From positions 1-39,635 of IMG/VR virus record IMGVR_UViG_3300043403_000123: a stretch of DNA of 39,635 bases. One strand, given 5' to 3'. The notes beneath the pieces were generated by a model, which saw only the letters and a list, made by a program, of their open reading frames with translations, did no database searches and was not told where the DNA came from. Position 1 is the first letter of the stretch, and every line of letters starts with the position of its first letter. The position numbers and the translations under genes are program-made. The DNA is from a virus. Its lineage: Duplodnaviria > Caudoviricetes. This document shows, one piece after another, positions 26,101-33,400 of this stretch.

Positions 26101-28258
26101 CTTTTAGCTGGCTGTTAAATGTGCTGCGGGTTACCCCCTTTTTCCCCATGGCCTGTACTAATTCGGCCAATCCCCCGCTTACCTGCTTATTAAACATATC
26201 CAGGTATCTGGTATCTGGTATTATTAATTCACTTACACCTTCAAATAATGCCATCGTGTTTGCATACAATGGGGTTTTCCATGCTGCTCCTTCCTTACCT
26301 TCAAACATGGCTTCGCTTTTTGCCTGGTATCCTGGTAGGCTCATAGTGTACCCGGCTGTAATAAGGCCAATGGCATCGGCTGTACTTTTACCCATTTTTA
26401 ATCCTACGCCGGCCATCATGTTTTCGGCTATGCCTGCTGCGCCTGCTACTTTACCGGCCTTTATCGCCGTTGGTGCAAGGCCTGCTATGCGTAATCCTGC
26501 ATTGGTTGTACCGCTTATTGCTCCACCTATAACCCTTCCTAATGCCCCAAACATATATGCCTGCGAAATGGCATCCCCGGCAAAACCTATAAACTTTTCA
26601 TACCCCTTTCTGGTATCTACATACTGTTTTAATTCGGCAAACTTTACTTTATCTTCTGGCGTAAATGTGCCATCTTTTTCTTTTTGTGCCAATTGCTCAA
26701 ATTGCTGCATCAGTACTGGGCTTTCCCCTACATTTTGCAACATAGCGGTATATGAGCTATCAAGGCGGTCAATTGCTCTGGCTTGTTTATCAAACCCGAA
26801 TGGCATTGCTAAAAACTTTACTACCTCGGTGGCTGTACCCATAAAGCCATCTGCAACCCGCCCGGTCAAGTCCTGGCTTGGCAGGCTCATAATGCCGCCA
26901 ATATTGTTTTTTTCTTCGTTCTCCAATATTGGCCTTACATGCTTGTAGTAAAATGCCTTGTCGGTACTATTGAATTGGTTTGCGTATTTATCGGTTTCTA
27001 CCAGCTTGGCGTTGCTCTTGCCAATGTTTTCCCATACTGTATTGCCCCTGTTATGCTCGGCAGATAGCTTGTGCATAATGGTGCCAATCTTTTCGTCCGG
27101 GTGCCTGTCGTCAATGGTCTGCATTTGTTCTTCTGCTGCCATCATACGGTCTTGTTCCCCGGTAAGCATATCAGCCTGCAGCCCTAACATTTCGGCCTCG
27201 CGGTTTACCTTCCGGCTTCCACCTTTGGCAAGTTTGGCATCTGGATTATTCTTTTCCATTACCTTCCGGCCAATTTCCTGTGGGCTTGCGTTTGGCATTC
27301 TTAGCCTTAATTGGTATGCTTCAAGCAAATCAAGTTGCTGTGTGGCTTGGGTAAATTCGCTTTCAATAGCTTTTCTGTGGGAGCTTTCATACTCCATCAT
27401 TTTTACGGCACCCATCACCATTGGGTTTGCACCAAAAGCCATTCCCGCATTGTTGCCTGTTTTGCGTTCTATTTCAATCTTGGCCTGATTTATATTTTGC
27501 TTATGCTTTTCCGCTACTGCCTGCCTTACCTGCTGCAAATAATCAGGATCAGCAATGGCCTTGTTCATATCTACTTCACCTACCCATTGGGTCAGGTTAT
27601 CGGCAATATTCTTTTTTTGTGTTTCGCCAAATTGCTTAATGGCATCGTCCTTTTCTTTTTTGGCCCCGCTGCGTATAAGGTTTACCAAACCGGCTGCATC
27701 GGTTCTGCCCTTGGTTTGTGGTGCATAGTGGTTGGCTAATTGCGCTGCTACCTTTGGTGCTGTGGTTTTTACATACTGCCAATCGCTATCGCTCAGTGCG
27801 TCCCTTTTGCTTACAATATCGGCAATTTTTGCAGGGGCATCCTGCAGGTAGTTGTACAAATCCTTTCTGCCTTTCCATTGGTCGGTATGGTTGCTTGAAT
27901 TTTTAAGGCTATCAAAGTTTGCGCGTTGTTGCTTGTCAAATTCAAACAATCCATCTATATCCATTTCAGAAACAGTTGCCTTATGTTTGGCTCCTACTTC
28001 TTTTGGCGTAATGGCCAATACCCCTACCCCTGGCTTTTTTGCAGGAATAGGCTTTGGTGCACTATATTCAGGGTAAATTTGGTTCAGCATTTCTTCCGGT
28101 TCTTTCGCAACCGATTTCGCATACCAATATGCTTTTGCACGTTTTGCTTTGTTCAGGTCGAACCCCACTGCTTTTCCCATTTCCGGATCGGAAATAATAT
28201 CCTGCGGGGTTTTACCTGCTGCGTAGGCTGCTAAAATTTTTTCTAATATTGGATCCAT
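14108..28258 (-). CDS. Giant polyvalent virion/ejection protein (4716 aa): zincin peptidases x4, ART x2, MuF-C RNase-like, LPD23/LPD5/LPD1-like domains, helical LPD38-like C-terminus
   Basis: Uninterrupted 14.15-kb ORF following two ejection-type genes. It contains the HExxH motifs HEASH, HEIQH, HELQH and HEWWH, two FKxWF..SKV..YH..GYDG ART-type domains, KIEDYGEKIGGAKKD (LPD5-like), ATGWEKGADSRWKYEI (LPD23-like), YWSDPVEMTARTFE..YP (LPD1-like) and Gly/Ala-rich membrane-like stretches. Confidence 0.88.
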   Translation of the reverse strand: MDPILEKILAAYAAGKTPQDIISDPEMGKAVGFDLNKAKRAKAYWYAKSVAKEPEEMLNQIYPEYSAPKPIPAKKPGVGVLAITPKEVGAKHKATVSEMDIDGLFEFDKQQRANFDSLKNSSNHTDQWKGRKDLYNYLQDAPAKIADIVSKRDALSDSDWQYVKTTAPKVAAQLANHYAPQTKGRTDAAGLVNLIRSGAKKEKDDAIKQFGETQKKNIADNLTQWVGEVDMNKAIADPDYLQQVRQAVAEKHKQNINQAKIEIERKTGNNAGMAFGANPMVMGAVKMMEYESSHRKAIESEFTQATQQLDLLEAYQLRLRMPNASPQEIGRKVMEKNNPDAKLAKGGSRKVNREAEMLGLQADMLTGEQDRMMAAEEQMQTIDDRHPDEKIGTIMHKLSAEHNRGNTVWENIGKSNAKLVETDKYANQFNSTDKAFYYKHVRPILENEEKNNIGGIMSLPSQDLTGRVADGFMGTATEVVKFLAMPFGFDKQARAIDRLDSSYTAMLQNVGESPVLMQQFEQLAQKEKDGTFTPEDKVKFAELKQYVDTRKGYEKFIGFAGDAISQAYMFGALGRVIGGAISGTTNAGLRIAGLAPTAIKAGKVAGAAGIAENMMAGVGLKMGKSTADAIGLITAGYTMSLPGYQAKSEAMFEGKEGAAWKTPLYANTMALFEGVSELIIPDTRYLDMFNKQVSGGLAELVQAMGKKGVTRSTFNSQLKGVLKGAWNTALNAGMGTVGEISEEVIIEWADFIEKSLMAPEEADIVQTIKNSKDVAIATGLGFLPMSIYGAYRTGRRKSADFLIPQLAQIGRDATLTNSLIRHVQDNTGTLYTPDEAKDKLSSIAYIQQVNKELTNIDPSTLNLSAKKLDKWVLMAANEKVLYQKAEATKDPVIKAQILKEIKESQDGRNRLVDNKLIVNDYMDLQAPEEILEQAKQQQQAAQQAVTGVTTSTPEDLTPEEQAIANQLAGALTEDMGATGVATKAPAIEIDNGTWADTEDNSKAIVSLQDKDGNTMATVEPGRNGVFTVYTPGTNGKPKPITNERGAVLTYTQLDAAKQVAQEAAIKMQQQGNKPIIKTLQSNGQAAATTTATGATAQQAQVQSGLEQPETAGNNTTNAGVSPVPQATASQPRKAKQLSNPISRKAMEGTEDDFTPLTRVMRYFIGGGKISAQAIQDLFGGGNLALNTGVADKAVTAERQARIGIMDKNGPGIKELAERIWAEIPDGTRDKYTDQDFREAVEKVLNDYSSTAQMAKDLAGKLEKSDEEVVEWYNGRLPAYEQEGETQDDIDTDITAGGLLNPEEQKRIIDAEAAGNTAANDDFIANLPDNPFGEDTNLDDLEDAPFMGESKDAAPIGKEARLNPAKQKTFFGSDIDAIDSDSKRSKNIIKVIKNLFAGVPNFKGIEVMTEANFAKAVDSVAKDETETYTNREGNVYGFVHPDTGKILLNDKYFNANTPVHEASHVFIKWLKANNKTLHDAMMAKTKGSYWEAQVRANPNYAGKSNAVIADEALAWAVGAQGNRMSRSFKDDLVTMWQNIKDAILGVTIRNTEELAAWASGYAIERKTGIGARWSAAKAAKDFENATPEQVAAMSMDELAGAVAGRILSGKGLKGNLAEQEGEARMMIVPAGSKMQENYEDMAKTITDKRKLWAATGVEELPDGRLVRDTQPIQIPDETIKAFKDALDGEVRTGKLGDMVDLGELADLYPELKDVYLDFYTSQFETDYARYAQREQRGLPQKEIAPTIFVNGSKSVAGRYFTSGYFKGNRPGVDTGRSGMGSRGDIMAQLERPELLSKLLTQLITHEIQHYVQKKEKWQPGANLKNVIDATIAERYRSIMQEANPANAQVLAYIIPLDADKVIADRATNPIAQEIYREAYETYLDVPGEIEARNSAIRSGMSDSERARTPISESGDTRFMAGATLYTPTTPEQKETRKLLDAAKAEYDAAKGAYEKKKAELMKSYKQGVVDLFGQTPEERGGMQKLFDEKPQLKAAEKALQPFKTRMDKAAAETNRLYGKYQGMEKEASKQMTLFMVGGTNYPTRRQAQKAAEQKFEADLLKYAKDRQFKVFELGPPSEILLSTGVPDLPIEMASTQLSKKQDKHDIKLFEITDLPGAIARPLAVFQSKTRGNAKLILTEMQKGNTNYVVALHLDIDGKKAKINDIRSLYPKDNEREMLLWIVEDNLLEYADKTNLPEWLNQRQSHSAEVVKLIEQATKIVQDFENPSIPDSGNVKFMAAPLTNSEAFKKWFGDSKVVNPDGSPMVVYHGTMTEFTEFAGGAFFTDDYMNADGYAGGDNVMEVYLKLENPLIINARGRKWDNIGSKFGNSTREITANLDTDRYDGVIFNNIKDSWIDDEDYQDSGTVYYVANPNQVKSATGNRGTFSKESNDIRFMIAGPTGAARMQNAEKILSDLKVAKDMGQAGKDPLNIRLATGWEKGADSRWKYEIPDITVRRGVNKAVFNEAVRARLLIDKLNAENDPNEDFTKGGREKAIKDLEALDKELGLPRYQKDLMQQVMAALKANDIEALPITSLTKRITEETNDSNSYEAPIKRIIEGEFAQAYPNLMNEIKIGFAYLPESVNGQYNYKTKNIQISEDIKGVDQVVLSTLLHELQHAIQHEEGFAKGGNDNMTKKIAFEESKKIIEREYSDLPSYKKAVEENKVDEWVLTAISATGKGITPFEAYRRLAGEVESRNVQKRMYMNADKRRQTLLQETEDVRREDQIVLMDAMNTYAAEMVPEEAKLMAGGKVNPAQLSMFGANMEPIVPEALKPQTKEQVQQVQAPPKEKIEDYGEKIGGAKKDLARKLNDITQEDIINQPLSKSFPEPDYKQLVDDKIISKEGAKFIKYLYQNIPAKPRKPYLLRNWVNRVQEGIDMVKSIVEDPKYLDTVWSDSIRQKTDSYLANAYEIYSKVMDAFDFPNVNPKLGGYEIKKWTSSKDGARVSIVKGSIIIKDFDTIEAAARGLVNMINATKETASKKAVKFGVYQDRKTLEYFIAKATGTDNVRMIGGFTSAKDTFAYLKENQAQLEEQWYGMKLNPEERPDANTPRNGRNWRKGKDITAEEFAKQFGFRGIEFGNWVNQGERQVSINEAYDALMDLSGVMGLNPKAISLNGKLGLAFGARGSGKANAHFEAQKVVINLTKTKGAGSLAHEWWHAMDNYFSRMRGTTEGFVTASPRAGLVKDSTGKWVKDERIRPEVMQAYKALVDAINATELPQRSLELDKTRSNRYWSDPVEMTARTFENFIINKLAETGEKNDYLANFKEMSQWVEDSGFTLENFPYPTKEEAVEINKAYKHLADTIEEREDESGNVAMFMAGNPDIRFMAAGDVKRLGRSGLEIKFKKANPAQTYKGVLNWLEKISVNPDNYNQSRTTNSKYVEFDSPSGVSYDIRISDHTRAVSDANSAEGLQVSAATITIDTGADDYTLKDIQNIYELAEKYIGDESVNDSVYELVKSTLIANIENGTDNNYSKIREEVGLPSDDYGFFNQLIRDNYWSVVRGNKEYRQADEERKEKERAANYIDIKEFRASNDIIITTNNSKKRSEWNYSHIERPGQPVKWGKKMAAADELGKQIATQPSFMAAAPNTEQFKQWFEGSKVTNPVYHYNVYGDNDFTGFKPKNMGTFGNHSFFYFAQDKNWPKAFAKYFAGIEKATPRVFYLSIKNPLDLVGMRKTPTEWREWLNDNNLLTDQADTFLSSYAQSKFTRTEILPWEFFRSDNGQFHQKLIEAGYDGIIMNDSNYGSKGSNVTYVSIDPLQIRAVTSDSANFMAAPNQPTPIASDFSNIYQKVYPLISRGMTDAQMLPIIRAAMAIKGLDPLLADNILARAKVNYQKQLYSNPQPGSPLIPATQVQDNEKSIARKTWDFLKRNFTSSEGMPTWFKELADYARGESQWIVRKAENFLKQQLTPAFKKMTPAQQQGFAELIADKTAASANVDALTPEHKRLASEYRQHIDRLTNEFIVNGWVTPLQAQTLLENMGSYLNRSYRIFNEKDWEKKIPENVKVEALNFLKEGIFAHDSPNNPGFQNNVEAERLAQLELKRLLAAAEGDKFGFKTTEFGMDKGILKRRQDVPAPIRKLYGEYTDPAEQFIMTVAKLASLRMQAKYLTDIFNMGMGKVFWAKNDPSADPRATELVAADGSPSWAPLSGLYATPEVAQYINEGHEASNKFLNAYRKFAGTVKAGKTVYSPVTQAINLFSNAAWYIANGYYLSNPVTQAKDLARTTKLWFTNVFANSKATDYWNQRMIQLGLFDGSVTMQDLKNMFAEGDADAIMIQAQSNIAQAWGDKLKSGLRDNVITRSYAMADAASKFVGWRKESEALAWVRHNKDYDDLSATEKEAIEKEAAERVKNTQPTGQRAYRGALWLSKNFAIFGNFITFQIEAIRCARNVVHYALHDIKEGKKNGNAREVLMGTRRLVGIAGYLTLRGAILKGLGAIGGMAMSGLYSLWNDDDEEKKKRLAAINAIGRPYMRTMDKYMTQNEDGTWEVYNLNALEPMSVVFKIPNAFTNGNELVDNPGALAALTELVVPYAEPDMIVNSFSRTLIGEKDAMGREVYGPIDKMATIAHDLMPSAVPFVQRMFKKEDGRMADWNDIFTEMQGLDVDFDPRQLIGIRPYRVDPLRNFKTYVRDRLKDADAIKKREWENKYKHDKGDITDDAYFAEKQAIKDAQVALGDDIATMKQHAAVLGVNESEMNKIVKNMMEFSKYDKTTIKAAKQ
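16955..17512 (-). other. Domain within giant protein: ADP-ribosyltransferase-like (ART-PolyVal) copy 2
   Basis: TEQFKQWFEGSKV..VYHY..FFYFA..FYLSIKNPL..AGYDGII..YVSIDPLQIR. Confidence 0.75.
18314..20020 (-). other. Domains within giant protein: LPD5-like + zincin metallopeptidase (HEWWH, 18788-18802) + LPD1-like
   Basis: KIEDYGEKIGGAKKD; FGFRGIEFGNWV..LGLAFGARG..AH..INLTK..GAGSLAHEWWHAMD; YWSDPVEMTARTFE..YPTKEE. Confidence 0.75.
20027..21076 (-). other. Domains within giant protein: LPD23-like + zincin metallopeptidase (HELQH, 20411-20425)
   Basis: IRLATGWEKGADSRWKYEIPD..AYPNL..STLLHELQHAIQHEEGFAKGG..YRRLAGEVESRNVQKR. Confidence 0.75.
21083..21550 (-). other. Domain within giant protein: ADP-ribosyltransferase-like (ART-PolyVal) copy 1
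   Basis: AFKKWFGDSKVVNPDGSPMVVYHGT..FFT..VMEVYLKLENP..YDGVIF..PNQVKSATGNRGTF..NDIR. Confidence 0.8.
21557..22156 (-). other. Domain within giant protein: MuF C-terminal (BECR-fold RNase-like) domain
   Basis: LGPPSEILLSTGVPDLPIEM..KH..LPGAIARPLAVFQS..LILTE..VVAL..INDIRSLYPKD. Confidence 0.65.
22511..23383 (-). other. Domains within giant protein: diverged LPD23-like + zincin metallopeptidase (HEIQH, 22835-22849)
   Basis: LWAATGVEELPDGRL..LYPELKD..THEIQHYVQKKE..YLDVPGEIEAR; paralogous to the 20027-21076 module. Confidence 0.7.
23390..24220 (-). other. Domain within giant protein: zincin metallopeptidase (HEASH, 23870-23884)
   Basis: VYGFV..GKILLN..NTPVHEASH..DEALA (third-ligand Glu region). 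Confidence 0.7.
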
Positions 28259-29808
28259 TATTTGCGTTTAAAGAAATCGCTAATACCTTGTATAACTCTG
28301 TTTGTATTTTGCAAAAAAGATGGTACAGCATTAATATTTTGCTTATCAGCTTCGTATTGCTTTTTTGCATCTTCCGTACTTGCCTGCTTGTTTAAGTCGG
28401 CTGTAACTTTGTCAAACTTTTTCCAATCGCCACCGTTGGCTTCGCTGTATTTTTTGAAAAAGTTAATTGCTGCTGTACCGGAATACTCTGTAACATTCCC
28501 GCTATCATCTTGCAGGTAAACAGTATTCTTTTTACCAGGTACTACAATTATCTCGCCGTACTTGTCTTTACCCATCCTAAATGCGCCACCGTTAAACAGG
28601 TGGCTTATATTTACAGCATCTTGATCTGCACCATTTACGTTTATTTTGGTAGGTGTTCCGCTACCATCAATCGTTCCTTCTTCTTGTAGGTAAATTTTTT
28701 GAACTGTGCCTGTATAGTTATCTGCCTTTACTTCTGTTTCTGTTTTTTGCCTTGGCGTTCTGCCACTATTGCTGCCACCCGTGTTTACCGATACTGCAGG
28801 GGCTTCTTTTACAGCATCTCTGCTATACTCACTCAGTATCTTGTACCCAAGGCTGCGCATCATCAGGTTTTGGCTTACCGGCCCCATTTCCATTGGCTTG
28901 CCGGTTTGCTGCTCATAATCATCCTGCAAGGCTCTTGTTCTTGCCTCCAATACAAACCGGGTTCTATCATCTTGCATCAGGTTTGCAAATTCATCTTCGC
29001 TCAACAACTTAACTGCGCCTGTTTTATCTTTCGGTAAAACGTCCTGCAGGTATGAATGGGTTTTTACTTCGGGTTGGCTTGCTGGCCGTCCGGTAATTTG
29101 TTGGGTAGGAATATCAAGTTTAATGGTGGTATGCTTTACATCGGGAGTATCGCCGTACATTTCCATATAGTCAGGAATTTTCCAGCTTTCCTTTTTGCTT
29201 GTGGTTACCTGGTGAATGCCGCGTTTCATTGCATAATCCTGCACTCCTTCGTTGGTGGTAATTACTTTGTGAAGATTGCGCTGCAATGCCTGGTTAAGTT
29301 TATCAGGATCAGTTACAAGGTTTTTTACATCTCCGTTGCCAAAATATGCCTTATTTAAAAGCATCTCTGCTTCCTTCATGTTAAATCCGGGTATCTTGTC
29401 ATATTGGCTTAATATGCTTGCCTTGCTTTCTTTAAACTGTTTTTCGCTGTTGCTGTATTGGGCAATTTCGTTGGCCTTTGGGAAATATTTTGCGTACAGA
29501 TCAGCCGTACTCATGTTTGGATTTTTTTGCAAGTCAACGCTCCCTGCGTTTACAAGTTCAAAAACTTTTTGATTTCTTACTTGTTGCAGCCTTACATCAT
29601 CTGGCAATGGGGCTGCATCATTTGCCATTTTATTCAAAAAATTAAACCCCTGCTCCTGCTGCTTCCGTTCCTGTTCCTGTTGTTGCTGTGCTGCGGATAA
29701 CGCATTGTTTTTCTCCTTTGCTCTTGCTGCCATACGCTGCCCATAGATACTTAAAAAGTTATCTACCCCGCCCGGTGCTTGTGGAAGTATGGCTGCTATC
29801 TCTGGCAT
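28258..29808 (-). CDS. Putative ejection/internal virion protein (516 aa)
   Basis: Gln-rich helical N-terminus; middle gene of the small-medium-giant triad typical of podovirus ejection proteins. Confidence 0.6.
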   Translation of the reverse strand: MPEIAAILPQAPGGVDNFLSIYGQRMAARAKEKNNALSAAQQQQEQERKQQEQGFNFLNKMANDAAPLPDDVRLQQVRNQKVFELVNAGSVDLQKNPNMSTADLYAKYFPKANEIAQYSNSEKQFKESKASILSQYDKIPGFNMKEAEMLLNKAYFGNGDVKNLVTDPDKLNQALQRNLHKVITTNEGVQDYAMKRGIHQVTTSKKESWKIPDYMEMYGDTPDVKHTTIKLDIPTQQITGRPASQPEVKTHSYLQDVLPKDKTGAVKLLSEDEFANLMQDDRTRFVLEARTRALQDDYEQQTGKPMEMGPVSQNLMMRSLGYKILSEYSRDAVKEAPAVSVNTGGSNSGRTPRQKTETEVKADNYTGTVQKIYLQEEGTIDGSGTPTKINVNGADQDAVNISHLFNGGAFRMGKDKYGEIIVVPGKKNTVYLQDDSGNVTEYSGTAAINFFKKYSEANGGDWKKFDKVTADLNKQASTEDAKKQYEADKQNINAVPSFLQNTNRVIQGISDFFKRK

Positions 29809-29820
29809 ATTACTTGTTTT

Positions 29821-30372
29821 TTACTTTTTGCTTAAAAATCCTCCTGCTCCAAGCCCTGCGCCCAATACGCCACCAATGGCTGCATCCATACCATCAAAGG
29901 CTGTTGCCTTATTCATTTGCGAAGCCATCTTAAATGCATCCTTCCTTTTTAGCTGTTCCTGCCTCCGCATCTCGGCGCTATTGTACATCTTATCCCCTTC
30001 GCCCATCATTACCCCTTGCGCCTGCTGCAGTTGGCCGTCCATTTGCATCTGATTATGCGCCTCAGCCATTTGCAGGTTATTCAGTGCATCGTTGGTACTT
30101 GCCTGGCTTGCCATTGCTGCACTTATGGCCGTTGCTCCATCTGTGGCATTGCGCCCTACACTGCCCATAGTGTTAGCCTGGTTCTGAAATACATTGCGCT
30201 CGTACATTCCTGCGCCTGCCATCCGTGCATTTTGCCGGGTACGGGCCAACCCCAGCATTTCCTTTGCATACGGGCTCGTTTGGTACTGCTGCCACTCAGG
30301 CACTTTGGTATCCCTTGCTTGCTTGTTCTGCTGCCCGGCTGTTACTAACTGGCTTATGGCTCCAAATATCAT
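29821..30372 (-). CDS. Putative ejection/DNA pilot protein (183 aa)
   Basis: Ala/Gln/Met-rich helix with Gly-rich hydrophobic ends (AAIGGVLGAGLGAGG), directly after the nozzle gene, as for T7 gp14 or P22 gp7. Confidence 0.65.
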   Translation of the reverse strand: MIFGAISQLVTAGQQNKQARDTKVPEWQQYQTSPYAKEMLGLARTRQNARMAGAGMYERNVFQNQANTMGSVGRNATDGATAISAAMASQASTNDALNNLQMAEAHNQMQMDGQLQQAQGVMMGEGDKMYNSAEMRRQEQLKRKDAFKMASQMNKATAFDGMDAAIGGVLGAGLGAGGFLSKK

Positions 30373-30415
30373 GGCTGTAAATTTAATTGTCTATACAAAA
30401 TAACAAATTTTGTAA

Positions 30416-30430
30416 GTTAAATCGCTTAAC
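30416..30430. promoter_or_regulatory. Operator-like site GTTAAA-TCG-CTTAAC (1 mismatch)
   Basis: Intergenic, upstream of the ejection-protein block. Confidence 0.65.
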
Positions 30431-30433
30431 TTT

Positions 30434-33400
30434 TTATACTGTATGTCCTACACTTTCCTGCAGGCCTATAAATGCCCCCGCCAAATCTACCCTGCGGCCT
30501 TCGCCACCTGCCCAATTTATGGTTAGCAGCATTACCCTCCCCCTCATTTCGCGCCCATCAAATACTGCCGTTCCTGCTGCCATCCCCGGTGTCCACATAT
30601 CGCACATAATATCTGCGTACTGCTTCCCCTCAATGGTTTCAAAGTTTGCAGCATATAGTTCTGTGTGCTGCAAGTCGGGGTAGGTAACTTCCATAACTAC
30701 CTTTACCGGCCTTGCCTGGCAAATCAACTCTATCCAGTTATATAGCTTGGTGCTGTATTGGTTGCCACCATTTACGGCAAGGGTAATGGATGGCGTTACA
30801 TGCCTGTCGTATATCCAGCAATAATTAGTTCCATCGTGCGTGTGTGGCTTCCCCTTGTACCAGCTTATCAGCAAGTTATCCCTTACCAATATGGCTTCTG
30901 CGGGTATGTTGCTTGCGTTGCTCCACTTGCTTTCCCCTATCTGGTAGCAGGTCATCCTTTCGGCTTCGCTGTAAAAATCGCCGGTTTTGCATGGTTCATC
31001 GCTCAGCCATGGGGTTTTTATCAGGTATTGTTCGGTTACCACATCAATGCAGGCAGGTATGGGTTCGGTGCTTCCCGTGGCTATATACCTTTTGCACCAT
31101 TTGCGCCAAAAGCTATCTGCCTTGTTCCTGCCTACCGGCTGCAATCCATTGCTTGCATACTGTACTACGGTACCCTTGGCCACATCAAGCCAAATCAATA
31201 GGCCTGCTTCCTGTCCTACACTTTCCGGGTGGTTGGTGCCATAGTTACCCCTCAGTGCATTTACCTGTCCTATTACATTATTGCTTTTAGCTAAAAATAC
31301 CTGCCCGTTTACATCGTTCAATTCCGCTTCGCCTATATAAATACTTACGGTATCGCGGCCTGCTTCGCCCATTGCCATCAGTACGGTGCCTTCTTCCTGC
31401 GGCTTATTGGTAAGGATTAGCTTTCTTACCCTGCTCAGGCTTAATGGTAGTTGATCTTGGTTTAATACTTCAAAACTGCTTAGTCCATTGTTTTTGCTAC
31501 CATATAAATATACGTTGCTGAAACAAATACCAGTTGGTTTGTAGGTTTCGCCAATAGGGTCCACCACCTGCGCCCTGCCCGCGTTGGTTATCCATCGCTT
31601 CCAGTTTTTTACGCTTGGGCTCATGGCTTCGTAGGTGCGGGCTGCACTGTCAAAAGTTTGGCTTAGCAGGTAAACGTCACCAGGCAATATACCGCCCGTA
31701 ACACTATATGCCCTTATATCTGTTCCGGGATTGTTTATTTTATATAGCGTCCCTGTTTCATAATAAAAATCGGTTTGTTGTGCGGGTGTTCTTATTTCAT
31801 AAATACAATAGCGGGTGCTACTAAATGCACCCATGTCTGTAGGCTTTACCAATATGTATTCCCCAATCTGCCCAATGGCTTCTGCCACAAAACTTGCTGT
31901 GCCGGTTTCAAACCATGCATATACAATATCCCCTTCTGAAAATTGGTAACCATACCCGGTAGCGTATAGTTCTTTCAGGCTAATAGCTATGGCATAGGTG
32001 GTGGGTGTGTAAGATTGGTAGGTGGGTGAAAAATCTGCAATCCCGCTGTCTTTGCTTGGTACATACCTTATTTCGTCTGCATAGTGTTGCAAAAAGCTAC
32101 CCGGCGCCTTAGTCATTACAGGCATATAATACGCTGCCCATTCTGGTATCTCTGTTAGTGCATTTGCATTACTCAGCGTCCACGCCACTAATTGCGGGTC
32201 AATGCCTGCGTTTCCATAAGCGTTTCTGGCTGCAGTTATAAGCCTTTCGTTATTGGTTACTACCCCACACTGCCTTAGCCATTTATCGTAAAACACATTA
32301 CCGGCTCCATAAGGCATATTGCTTTTAAGGCTATTTGGTTCAGATGAAAGGCTTACTGTTCTGCGGCCAATAGATATAGTAGTAGGACTTGCTAATATAA
32401 GGTTCCATGATGCCGTGCCACTTTCTTGCCGTATTTCAAAAGTTAAAACTTGCCCTGTATTTATATCTATCGGTGCCGAAAATTCATGTGTAAAGCCTAA
32501 ATAGCTTGTATCGCTGCCTGTATTAATATTGCCAAATTGTGTTTCGGCAACGCTTATACCATCTATAAACATGGTTAGTATAAACGGGCTTACCCTGTCT
32601 TTGGCATAAGATCCTGCTAAGTTAAAGCGAAGCTCCCCGCTTATAATATCCGCCCCGGTTAATGTAAACTGCTTATCAGTTACATCTACTGTAAACCCTG
32701 TAAGTGTTGGTTGATATGGCAACGGGAGTTCAATTGTTTCACCATCGGCTGTGGTATATGTAAAATAGTATGTACCAGCAACCATTACATCTTCAAGCGG
32801 ACCTGCATCGGCACTTGTAATGCTAATATCAAGGCTTGTAGTTCCCGGTGTATCATAGCCAATCAGGTTATCCGATAAAAATAATCTATCCTTAGCAATT
32901 TCATGCGTCCCTGTTTCCCGTGGAACATTATCAAAAGGTTTCACGGCCTGCACCTTATCAATGGCAGGACCTATTTTATCTGCTGCGTAATAGTAGGTAA
33001 GTGCCGTTGTACCATCGTTATGGTCGCTAATTTCGGATACATCGGTTACAGTATCCCATACTTTTATTTCGTTGTAGGTTTCATCGGGCAGTGTTATGGC
33101 AATTAGGCGAAGCTGCTTTACATCTTCTGCAATCTTCTCGGTAAGCGGCACCTTTATTTCCAATATATCTTCCGGTGCGGCATCTACATTATAGCTTACT
33201 ACCTTGCTATGGGGGCTTAGGGTACTTTCTTCATTGTCCTTATATATATATTGTAAGGCAATACGGTAAGCCTTATCATCTACCTGATTACTAAGTAGTA
33301 CAATTGGCGGTGTCAAGTCGGCTGCTACTACTTTTGTGGCCGTTACCGGGTACGCTGGCGGCTTCCTGATTAATGTGTAAACAGGCTCAGCCATGGGCAA

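Noticed and set aside
26835-26850. DGFMGT in the N-terminal part of the giant protein as a twelfth hinge
   Set aside because: It is isolated within the helical, membrane-like region and not at a recognisable domain boundary, so it is treated as chance.
25905-26948. 347-aa plus-strand ORF and the many other antisense ORFs across 2113-36986
   Set aside because: All lie opposite long, motif-bearing minus-strand genes and show no recognisable domains.
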